A stretch of 64,000 nucleotides of DNA from an uncultured Acidobacteriaceae bacterium (GTDB taxonomy: Bacteria; Acidobacteriota; Terriglobia; Terriglobales; Acidobacteriaceae), in contig CAVTCT010000006.1 in NCBI GenBank assembly GCA_963733325.1, positions 141,744 through 205,743 on the forward strand, given 5' to 3'. Made by a program: the position numbers and the translations under genes. Under the pieces are notes generated by a model that saw nothing but the letters and a program-made list of their open reading frames with translations, did no database searches and was not told the DNA's origin. The stretch's first letter is position 1. The number at the start of each line of letters is the position of its first letter. Positions 1-8,339 of the stretch are shown here, in pieces.

Positions 1-159
1 GCCCACGATCCGGGCGGAACCTCAATTCTGGACCGTTGGGGCGTTGGCAGAGGGAGGCCGTACTGCTCGTGAACCCTTCGCCGTCAGAGGCCGACAAGAG
101 ACCGCATCAGCCAGCATGGCGACGTGGCGTTCACCTGGGAGCCCGCTCGACCATGCGAG

Positions 160-588
160 TCACTGCCGATAGATCCAGGCACCGAGAAGCGCGGCCAGAA
201 TGCTGTCTAGCAAGCCAACCGCAATCGTGGCAAACAGCAGGGAATTAGGGAAGATGTCCAGCGGCTGTAAAGCCATCATGGGGATCGCCCAGAAGACCAT
301 CCAGATTGACAGGGCGCTGCGGAGGGCTGTCTTATAACCGGGACCGTAATTCGGGAGCAATTTCGCGTAGATCCAGATGCCAATAATGCCTACCACAAAA
401 TTGGATGGGATGATGCTTGTCCACCCCTTAGGGGTCTTCCCGAGTGCCGCGAAAGCGGCTGTCCATTGTGGATCGAGAATCACGCCGTGGACGAGGTATT
501 CAACCGCGTTGATCAACAGGCCGGCGGCCAATCCACCAAGAATCAATTTTTGAATATTCGGCGTTGCAGGTTTCCCCGTCATTTTCAT
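160..588 (-). CDS. small membrane protein (about 4 TM helices), hypothetical
   Basis: 142-aa ORF with four hydrophobic stretches; GAG-type SD upstream of ATG. Confidence 0.75.
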   Translation of the reverse strand: MKMTGKPATPNIQKLILGGLAAGLLINAVEYLVHGVILDPQWTAAFAALGKTPKGWTSIIPSNFVVGIIGIWIYAKLLPNYGPGYKTALRSALSIWMVFWAIPMMALQPLDIFPNSLLFATIAVGLLDSILAALLGAWIYRQ

Positions 589-704
589 TTCTCGCGGACA
601 TCGGATGGTGCCGAAAGTATATGCGATGAACGTGAGCCGAAAGCATCAAGTGCTGGAGGGGCTCGCTCGGTACCGAACGAGCAGTAACCGATGACGCCCG
701 GATG

Positions 705-755
705 ACCGCCTCACCGGACATTGCCCGAAAATGGGGTTGTCCGGGTTGGCCACCA
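705..755. repeat. palindromic repeat site A (putative recombination site)
   Basis: ACCGCCTCACCGGACATTGCCCGAAAATGGGGTTGTCCGGGTTGGCCACCA; 40/51 ungapped identity to site B; internal inverted repeat CCGGACA..TGTCCGG. Confidence 0.75.
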
Positions 756-1005
756 CACACTCAGAACTAGGATGCTGACGAGGTTCAGAACCACGTGCGC
801 CACGCAAAAGAATTCAGACGATCTCGCCGCGCAAGGTGCAGGCGGCAAGGTGAGGTTCAGAAGGCTGTTTCCTTTTGAGAAGCCTTCGCTGAGCAGACAA
901 TGGACAGTGAATGGTGGCGCTACGATAGAGTGTCGAAGGCACGGACTGATAAATAGGGAATAGAAAACAGTGGTCAGTTCGTGCCTGTCGGCCAGGATAC
1001 TCATT

Positions 1006-2289
1006 ATGCGTACAGTCGGGATTCGCACAACTCTGGCTTTAGCCGCGCTCTCGATGCTGGCCGGAGCCTATTTGGAGATGCGGCAATGGGTCTCTTCTCT
1101 GGGGGATACGGACTTTACTGCTTACTACACCGGTGCCTCTCTGGTTCGGAAGAACTTAAGTGCGCAGCTATATGATTTCGCTTCTCGAGACATCGATCCA
1201 TCGATGGAGGGGCCTTCCCCGGACACGGTTTTCTACCGGATTGGGCGCGCCCATGGGCTTCCCACCTATAGCCTGTACGATTACCCGCCTACTCTAGCCG
1301 ATCTCTTAGTCCCGCTGACTTTACTTTCGCCTTTAGCTGCAATGATCGTGTGGCAAATGCTGTGCGTATTTGCGTTAGTGGCTTCGGGCGTGATGCTGAC
1401 GCGAATGGTTGGAATGAGATCCCTCAGCTGCGCTTGCCTGATCACGCTTTTCATTCTTGCCTTTCGTCCCACCTTGGATAGCTTCAACCACGCTAACACT
1501 CCAGTTATCCTGCTCTTTCTCTTTTTGGTGGGGACTCATTTGTATCTTCACGAGCAAAAGGGATGGGCAGGTCTAGCATTTGCCCTGGCTGCCGCAATAA
1601 AACTGACGCCCATGATCGTTGTTGTCCCATTTGTCGCATGGCGGGACTGGAGGATTCTTCGAGCAATTTCGCTTTGGGGCGTGGCCATCCTGGGCGTGCT
1701 CTTTGCTGTCAATGGTGCAAGGGCGTTGGGCCTTTATTTCCTTCACGTTGTTCCACTGATGTTCCACAGGCTTGTCTATGTCGAAGATTTCAACCTGATC
1801 ACCGCTGTTCAAGTGCTCTGGTACAGATCGGATAAAGTTACTCCCGCAATCAAAACCCTTTGGGCCGGGAGGCTCTTGTCCGTGCTGATCCTTTGTCATG
1901 CAGGTTGGTTGAGCCGGTTGAGAGATGGCGAGCACGTCGAGGATGAGCGAAAAATCGAAACGCTCGCGGCATTCATGCTCCTTTCCTGTTGTCTCGCCCC
2001 GATTTCATGGCTATATATGTATGTCTTGAGCACCCCCGCTGTTGTCATTCTTGGCAAGCGTGTATGGCGGGGAAGGTCAGGTTTCATTGAGACGGTCTTC
2101 CTCCTCTGGTTCATCGTCTCGCTCTCAATCAATCCGTTTGTTGGTTTGGCCGTGAGAGCTGGGCTCCCGATCCTTCACTATCACGTAATCGCGGCTCCTT
2201 TACTAGGCGTGGCGCTCGGGATCATGATGTTGCACCGGCAGGGAATAGGGGAAGCTGTTACTGAGCAGTGGAGAGCGGTCAGTTCATAG
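1006..2289 (+). CDS. GT-C fold glycosyltransferase, family 87 (DUF2029)-like
   Basis: Polytopic membrane protein with TDFTAYY, YDYPPTLA and AAAIKLTP motifs typical of GT87; start at ATG 1006 assumed. Confidence 0.85.
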   Translation: MRTVGIRTTLALAALSMLAGAYLEMRQWVSSLGDTDFTAYYTGASLVRKNLSAQLYDFASRDIDPSMEGPSPDTVFYRIGRAHGLPTYSLYDYPPTLADLLVPLTLLSPLAAMIVWQMLCVFALVASGVMLTRMVGMRSLSCACLITLFILAFRPTLDSFNHANTPVILLFLFLVGTHLYLHEQKGWAGLAFALAAAIKLTPMIVVVPFVAWRDWRILRAISLWGVAILGVLFAVNGARALGLYFLHVVPLMFHRLVYVEDFNLITAVQVLWYRSDKVTPAIKTLWAGRLLSVLILCHAGWLSRLRDGEHVEDERKIETLAAFMLLSCCLAPISWLYMYVLSTPAVVILGKRVWRGRSGFIETVFLLWFIVSLSINPFVGLAVRAGLPILHYHVIAAPLLGVALGIMMLHRQGIGEAVTEQWRAVSS

Positions 2290-2494
2290 TTCTCAATTCA
2301 CAATTTACAAGGTCGCACTTCTCAATTGGAACGTTGGTGCACTCCTCACGGGGCCTGACGGCGCGTTTATCACCGCAGCGACTTCCTAATGGACCGACGT
2401 CTACAAAGCGACGCACGGGGTGTATGAAAGAGTTGCCGGAATGATGCACCCGCGCGGGAAGAAGACCCAGTCCTGACGCGGTTCCGGACGAATC

Positions 2495-2545
2495 ACCGCC
2501 TAACCGGAAGTTACCCGAAATGGGTTATGTCCGAGTTGCCCACCA
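2495..2545. repeat. palindromic repeat site B (putative recombination site)
   Basis: ACCGCCTAACCGGAAGTTACCCGAAATGGGTTATGTCCGAGTTGCCCACCA; same length and orientation as site A. Confidence 0.75.
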
Positions 2546-2706
2546 TTCAACCGGAAGTGAATCAACAGAGCCTGTCTGTCTACGATCATTGCGTAGGCGC
2601 GGGATTCGTCGAGATTATCCGAGGTTCGGAAGAAGATGAGCACGGCGCGCTATTGGTGTATCAAGGATATGGATGGGAGAGTTCGGCGTCGATGAAACGA
2701 AAGGTT

Positions 2707-3234
2707 ATGTTCTCTTCCCGTGTCGGTGATCGGTGGACGTTCGCAATTGAATTCGAGGGCATCGGCGATCCACCGAAAGCGTGGAACGAATGGTGGGGAA
2801 GCCTTTGGCTATGGGTTGACGGCCGGGTGGTCGGCTGCCCCTGCGAAGTTGAGATGGTAATGACCGGATTCGATTCGTTGTTGGAGTCCGCGCAGCAAAC
2901 TCCCACACGGCTCTCCAGTCCTTTGCAACCATCTTTTCCTGCCGTGGAAGCCCTCGATCTGGTGATGTGGGCAACCTACGGAGACGATGATCGAGCCCCT
3001 GGGGGATTTGTTGGTGATCCATTGGACCTAGCACGATACGAGGTGCTCCCGAAAGTGACGGGTCCATTTTTCGATGGTTGGGAAGCTGTTCTGATAGAGG
3101 CTGGGCAGGAGGAGCGCTTCATCTTTCGGCAGGAAGGTGCCGAAGCTGGAGAGGTTCTTTTGCCCGCCGGAACTTTCAAGAGCACTGTTCAACAATCGAT
3201 CGATGAATTCAAGAGGCTTGCTGCTGTGTTGTAG
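2707..3234 (+). CDS. putative polymorphic-toxin immunity protein (Imm42-like)
   Basis: N-terminal GD..FAIE..GSLWLWVDG..VG and FDGW patterns resemble Imm42; AAGG SD before ATG 2707. Confidence 0.55.
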   Translation: MFSSRVGDRWTFAIEFEGIGDPPKAWNEWWGSLWLWVDGRVVGCPCEVEMVMTGFDSLLESAQQTPTRLSSPLQPSFPAVEALDLVMWATYGDDDRAPGGFVGDPLDLARYEVLPKVTGPFFDGWEAVLIEAGQEERFIFRQEGAEAGEVLLPAGTFKSTVQQSIDEFKRLAAVL

Positions 3235-3268
3235 CCGCTTAGCTGGCGTGCGCTGCGTTCTGGGTGTG

Positions 3269-3303
3269 TCACCGCCAACTCGGACATTACTCGTCTTGGG
3301 GAG
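3269..3303. repeat. repeat site C (left arm conserved)
   Basis: TCACCGCCAACTCGGACATTACTC; this arm is nearly the reverse complement of the right arm of site B. Confidence 0.65.
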
Positions 3304-3345
3304 CACGGGACGATCGGGACGAAAATCCGTCAAAGGGACGAACCG

Positions 3346-3468
3346 ATGGGCTTTGTTATTTCAATTCGTACGCTGCTTTGGATCGTCTGGGGACTGATCC
3401 TGGTAGTCTGGGGCCTTTGGCTAATTCGTCGTACGCGTCGCCCCAATAGCCCGGCAACGCTCAAATAG
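3346..3468 (+). CDS. 40-aa single-pass membrane protein (not in ORF track)
   Basis: MGFVISIRTLLWIVWGLILVVWGLWLIRRTRRPNSPATLK; one TM helix followed by an Arg cluster; AAGGGA SD upstream. Confidence 0.55.
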   Translation: MGFVISIRTLLWIVWGLILVVWGLWLIRRTRRPNSPATLK

Positions 3469-3498
3469 GACCTTACCTGGTTCGGGATTATTAGCGTA

Positions 3499-3543
3499 TC
3501 ACCGCCAACTCCGAAGTAAGCATTTCTGAGGTTGGCGGGTTGC
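3499..3543. repeat. repeat site D
   Basis: TCACCGCCAACTCCGAAGTAAG...GAGGTTGGCGGGTTG; shares the 13-mer TCACCGCCAACTC with site C. Confidence 0.6.
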
Positions 3544-3819
3544 GAAAGACAACTGCAGATGTTTCGACTCCGGTCTTTCCCTATGGCGAACGACCGGCGC
3601 TCAACATGACAAGCCTGCTTTTCGAGTTGTTGGTGAGAAATTCGCAAAGACGACTTATCTTCTGACCTACTCAGACGGCAGATAGCTCGGCCAACATCTA
3701 CACTCGCTCATCGCGGCATCATCATCGAGATGAGCAGGCCTTTGAGATGAGGACCAGCTCCGATTTACCATCGGATGATATTGCAATTTGGTTTCTGACC
3801 GGCATCTGTTCAGAGGCCA

Positions 3820-5061
3820 CTATTCGTACCTCAGCGCCTCAATCGGATCCAGGTTCGCCGCGCGAATGGCCGGAATCATCCCGCTCACCAGCCCGGTCAC
3901 GATCAGGATCGTCGTTGCCACAACCACCGAGGTCGGAGAAATCAGCAACTGGATATCCGCGTCTTCCGCGTGCTGTGCAAGCTCGCTATAGAAGGGAATG
4001 CGTCCGATCAGCAGCGATACCACGTAGGCCAGCCCGATGCCTCCGATCCCGCCAATGCCTGTAATCACCATGGCCTCGGACAGAAACTGGGTGAGGATGT
4101 GCCGCTTGCGTGCGCCCAGCGCTTTCTCTACGCCGATCTCGCGCGTGCGCTGCTGCACAGCGACCAGCATGATGTTCATCAGCCCGATGCCCGCGATCCC
4201 CAGGGTCAGCGCGCCCACCAGCGAAAGCAGCACCTGAAGCGCCAGCGACAGAATGCTGAATTGATGCAGCTCCGTCATCAGGTTGGCTACGTAGATTGCG
4301 TTGTGGTCCGAAGGCCTGAAGTGGTGCGCCGCGCCCAGCACATTGCGCATGTTCTGTTCAGTGAGTTCGTAGTTGCCCTCGTAGTTGTACCAGATTCCGC
4401 CAAGGTACTTCGTATCGGCCAGGTCGCTCATGGTGCTGAACGGCACATAGATCTGCCGGTTACGATCGTTGTCTTCGCCCTCCTGCATCTTCGGGCTCAG
4501 CACTCCAATGATGGTGAAGAGGACCCCGTTCAACCGGATCGTCTGCCCTACCGCCCATCCACCCGAAAACAGCTTGGTTTTGGATTCTGACCCGATCACG
4601 CAGACGTGCGCCCTCTGCTGCTCCTCCTGCCCGTTAAAGAAGCGGCCCGCGTCCGTATCGAGCTTCCAGATGTCCTGAAATACCGGCATCACGCCGTTCA
4701 CTGTCCACGTGTAGGAGTGCAGATCGTTCTGCACCGTCACGTCCTTATAGACAGCCGGCGAAATGTGATTGATACCGGGAACGCTGGCGATGATGCGGTC
4801 CACATCATCCTGCGTAAACTGCACCTTCATGCCCGACTTCTCCCCGCCCGCCTGTTCGCTGGTCCGGCCCGGGAAAACGCCGATGATGTTGGTGCCCCAT
4901 TGCGCGAAGATCGCCTCGATCGCCCGGCTGAATCCCGCTCCATAGGCCAGCAGCAGCACCACCGTCGCAATCCCCCACGCCATCCCGATCATGGTGATGG
5001 CGGTGCGGCGGCGGTTGTAGATCATCGCCTCCCAAGCCTGACCTAGAATGTCCTTCAGCAT
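3820..5061 (-). CDS. ABC transporter permease (MacB/FtsX family)
   Basis: GIGLMNIMLVAVQQRTREIGVEKALGA and C-terminal DPIEALRYE motifs. Confidence 0.93.
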   Translation of the reverse strand: MLKDILGQAWEAMIYNRRRTAITMIGMAWGIATVVLLLAYGAGFSRAIEAIFAQWGTNIIGVFPGRTSEQAGGEKSGMKVQFTQDDVDRIIASVPGINHISPAVYKDVTVQNDLHSYTWTVNGVMPVFQDIWKLDTDAGRFFNGQEEQQRAHVCVIGSESKTKLFSGGWAVGQTIRLNGVLFTIIGVLSPKMQEGEDNDRNRQIYVPFSTMSDLADTKYLGGIWYNYEGNYELTEQNMRNVLGAAHHFRPSDHNAIYVANLMTELHQFSILSLALQVLLSLVGALTLGIAGIGLMNIMLVAVQQRTREIGVEKALGARKRHILTQFLSEAMVITGIGGIGGIGLAYVVSLLIGRIPFYSELAQHAEDADIQLLISPTSVVVATTILIVTGLVSGMIPAIRAANLDPIEALRYE

Positions 5062-5071
5062 CTCTTCTCCA

Positions 5072-5223
5072 AGCTTTCAGCTTTCAGCCTTCAGCCGTTA
5101 GCTCTTTTCTGACACCATGCGCCATATCGACTTGGGCGTTCCTGCCGTTCGAGTCTGCCGCAAAACCTACACCGAACCACGCAGACAAGGTGAAGGCTGA
5201 TAGCTGGCTGCTGAAAGCTGGCT
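5072..5223. repeat. two short heptamer tandem-repeat tracts in inverted orientation
   Basis: AGCTTTC AGCTTTC AGCCTTC AGCCGTT (5072-5099) and GCTGATA GCTGGCT GCTGAAA GCTGGCT (5196-5223). Confidence 0.65.
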
Positions 5224-5225
5224 TC

Positions 5226-6479
5226 TCAATCCTTCCTCAACGCCTCTACCGGATCCATCTGCGCGGCCTTGCTTGCCGGATAAAGACCCGCGGCGATTCC
5301 GCTCAGCACCAGGGTTCCCATGGCCAGCGCCGCAGACCACGGAACCAGCCGTGGAGGATCCCATCCGGGCATCTTGCCGGTCAGCAGCGCCTGCAGTAGC
5401 GCCATCAGGCCCGCCGAGCCCGCAATCCCGATCGCCCCACTCACCGCGGTCAGCAGCAAACCCTCCCAGAAGAATTGGCCCATAATGGTTTTCTTGGTTG
5501 CGCCCAGCGCCTTGCGCAACCCGATCTCGCTGGTCCGCTCCGACACCGAGACCAGCATGATGTTAATAATGCCCACCGCACCGAGGCCGAGGGTCACGAT
5601 TCCCACGCCGCCCAGAAAAATATCCATCGCGTTGAAAATTGCGCCCACCATCTTCATCTCCTTGATGGTGTCCCACTCCTGATAAGCGTCCTTCAACGAG
5701 GGATCGAATCCATGGCGCGCGCCGATGAGGCGATGCATGGCCGCAACCGCCGCCGTCGCATCTCCCGCCTTCGCGGGCTGATATTGGATCGAGGTCAGCG
5801 CATCCTTGTCGATATTGTCGCCCTTCAGTGGATAGAGCTCCTGCATTGTGGAGACGGGAATATAAACCTTCTGGTCGTCATAGTCCTGGTTGCCGCGGCT
5901 GATCTTCTCGACTGCACCCACGATCTGGAACTCAGTGCCATTGATGGTGATCGCCTCGCCCACCATCGGCCGACCTGGAAACAGCAGCATCGCCGCCTTC
6001 GAGCCCAGCACCGCTACGCGACGGCGGTCGCTCACGTCCATCGCGTTGATGAACCGTCCCTGTGCCATGGGGATAAAGCGCACCTCGGTGTAGTTGGGCC
6101 ACACGCCCATCACGTGGCTGGAGGTGTTGCTGAACTGGCTCACTTCATAAAGGTCCGAGCGCGACAGCTCAACCGTAACGGCACGCAGTTCCGGCAGTTG
6201 CCTTGCGGCCTCAGCATCGGCCATTGTCAGCTGGTAAGGACGCATCCCCGTGTGCTGGTTGGCGACAGCGGGGATGGTCCCGTTCCACATCATCACCAGG
6301 TCGTTGCCCAGCTTCGCCAGGTTGCGATGCTGCCCCGACCGGAATCCTTCGCCCAGACCCACAAGCACCAGCAGCGAGCCCACGCCCCACGCAATCCCGA
6401 ACATGGTCAGAAAGCTGCGCAGCTTGTTCGCGGCGATGGCCCTGAAAACCTCGCTGAGCGTGTCTGTAAATCTCTGCAT
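5226..6479 (-). CDS. ABC transporter permease (MacB/FtsX family)
   Basis: NKLRSFLTMFGIAWG, NIMLVSVSERTSEIGLRKALGA, DPVEALR; start MQRFTD at 6479. Confidence 0.93.
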   Translation of the reverse strand: MQRFTDTLSEVFRAIAANKLRSFLTMFGIAWGVGSLLVLVGLGEGFRSGQHRNLAKLGNDLVMMWNGTIPAVANQHTGMRPYQLTMADAEAARQLPELRAVTVELSRSDLYEVSQFSNTSSHVMGVWPNYTEVRFIPMAQGRFINAMDVSDRRRVAVLGSKAAMLLFPGRPMVGEAITINGTEFQIVGAVEKISRGNQDYDDQKVYIPVSTMQELYPLKGDNIDKDALTSIQYQPAKAGDATAAVAAMHRLIGARHGFDPSLKDAYQEWDTIKEMKMVGAIFNAMDIFLGGVGIVTLGLGAVGIINIMLVSVSERTSEIGLRKALGATKKTIMGQFFWEGLLLTAVSGAIGIAGSAGLMALLQALLTGKMPGWDPPRLVPWSAALAMGTLVLSGIAAGLYPASKAAQMDPVEALRKD

Positions 6480-6768
6480 AATCCTTCGACGCTGTCCAAT
6501 GATTTCCGGGTAATGGAATGTGACGAATTGCCGCTTCCAAGGCCCTGATTGAACACCTGCATGAAAGTACGCTCTGGCGCACCTTTCAGTTCCCGGACCC
6601 GCTGACGGGTCGCGGGCTCCCCCAAAGGCCGAATGATTGTTTGACCGAGTCATGTTTAGGGAAACCCCTAGTTTCCGAGTCGTCCCGGTGTTGCTAGGCT
6701 CACCCAAGTTTGCTGAGCCTGGGCTCGTTGCCTTCTGACCAACCAGGCGCGGCCGACGAGGAGGGCAG

Positions 6769-8304
6769 ATGCGGGATTCCACGCTATTTGCTTATTCATC
6801 ACGCAGCCGCAGGTGGACGGCACTCGTCGTCGCAGTGCTGCTTTCGGTGTCTACCGGGCCCGCAGCGTGGACGCAGGAGCCTGCCGCACCCTCCCAAGGC
6901 AAGACACGGACGGAAAAGGATCTTCTGGGGGAAAAACAGATTCCGGCAGACGCCTATTACGGTGTCCAAACGATGCGTGCACTCGAGAATTTCCAGCTCT
7001 CAGGTGTGCTGATTAACCACTATCCCGGATTCGTCGAAGCATGGGCATATGTCAAATTGGCGGCTGCCCAGGCCAATTACGACGCCGGCGCCATGAAGAA
7101 GGACCGGCTGGATGCCATCGAGAAGGCTTGTCAGGCGGTGCTTGCCGGGAAATACCACGATCAGTTTCTGGTCGATTGGTACCAGGGCGGGGCGGGCACA
7201 TCCACCAACATGAATGCCAATGAAGTGCTCGCCAATGTCGGGCTTGAATTATCCGGACACCAAAAGGGCGAGTATCAGTTCCTTGACCCACACGACGATT
7301 TGAACATGTCGCAGTCTACAAACGACTCCTATCCGACTGCGATTAAAGTCGCTCTCATTCTGCGCAACCAGAGACTGATCGAAGAATTGCAAAAACTTGT
7401 GACGTCGTTTCGCACAAAGGGCAAAGCGTATCTCGAAATTGTGAAGATGGGACGCACGGAGTTGCAGGACGCTGTCCCGATGACCGTCGGACAGGAACTC
7501 TATGCCAACGCCAACGCGCTGCAAAGCGAAATCGATGCGCTCCGGGAAGCGGAGAAGGCCCTGTACGTCCAAAACATGGGAGCTACTGCGATCGGCACGG
7601 GTATCAACGTGCCCAAGGGCTATCCGGAGAAGTTTGCCGAACACCTGTCAAAATTGCTCAACAAGCCGATCGTGCCGGCACCGGACATGATCGCGGCCAC
7701 ATGGGACCAGCAGGGTTTCGTCATCTATTCCTCGGCGTTGAAGAGTCTCGCCATTAAGCTTTCAAAGATTTCGGGTGACTTGATCCTGCTTGCGTCAGGA
7801 CCTCGCGCCGGATTGTTCGAGATCAACCTTCCTGCGTTGCAGCCCGGTTCCTCCATCATGCCCGGAAAGGTGAACCCTGTAGTCCCAGAGGTGATGAATC
7901 TTGTCGCCTTTCGTGTGATGGCCAATGACTTCGCTGTCACGGTGGCAGCTCACAGCGGTCAGCTTCAGCTCAATGCATACGAACCGATCGAGGGTCTTGC
8001 GATGATCGAGTCGCAGGCTCTGCTCTATAACACGTCGATCCTCTTCCGAACCAAGTGCATCGATGGCATCACGATCAACGAAAAGGTGCTGGAGCACTAT
8101 ATGGAAACGACAATCGGCATTGTCACCGCGCTCAATCCGGTGCTGGGTTATGAGAAGGCCACCGAACTGGCACAGGAAGCAAGCTCAAGCGGTAAGGGCG
8201 TTCTCGAGATCATCCGGGAAAAGCATATTTTGACCGAACAGCAGATCAAGGAGTTGCTCGACCCGGTCAAGCTGACGGGACTGGACAAGTCCAAATATCA
8301 ATGA
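6769..8304 (+). CDS. aspA: aspartate ammonia-lyase (aspartase) with N-terminal signal-peptide-like extension
   Basis: RTEKDLLGE, GGAGTSTNMN, KMGRTELQDAVPMT, GSSIMPGKVNP signature; strong GAGGAGG SD before ATG 6769. Confidence 0.92.
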   Translation: MRDSTLFAYSSRSRRWTALVVAVLLSVSTGPAAWTQEPAAPSQGKTRTEKDLLGEKQIPADAYYGVQTMRALENFQLSGVLINHYPGFVEAWAYVKLAAAQANYDAGAMKKDRLDAIEKACQAVLAGKYHDQFLVDWYQGGAGTSTNMNANEVLANVGLELSGHQKGEYQFLDPHDDLNMSQSTNDSYPTAIKVALILRNQRLIEELQKLVTSFRTKGKAYLEIVKMGRTELQDAVPMTVGQELYANANALQSEIDALREAEKALYVQNMGATAIGTGINVPKGYPEKFAEHLSKLLNKPIVPAPDMIAATWDQQGFVIYSSALKSLAIKLSKISGDLILLASGPRAGLFEINLPALQPGSSIMPGKVNPVVPEVMNLVAFRVMANDFAVTVAAHSGQLQLNAYEPIEGLAMIESQALLYNTSILFRTKCIDGITINEKVLEHYMETTIGIVTALNPVLGYEKATELAQEASSSGKGVLEIIREKHILTEQQIKELLDPVKLTGLDKSKYQ

Positions 8305-8339
8305 ACAATACGCAACGCATTCCTCGCAAGGAGGCGGTC

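Noticed and set aside
1-10. GCCCACGA at the window start as the tail of another array site
   Set aside because: It resembles the GCCCACCA end of site B but is too short to support without upstream sequence.
2527-2706. N-terminal 60 aa of the 235-aa ORF
   Set aside because: The ATG lies inside repeat site B; the recognisable domain and SD begin at 2707.
705-3543. CRISPR array or canonical integron
   Set aside because: Repeats are degenerate and spaced 0.2-1.8 kb apart, with no cas or intI gene. The sites are short, their spacers are paired, and long non-coding gaps separate most genes from the sites, unlike attC cassettes.
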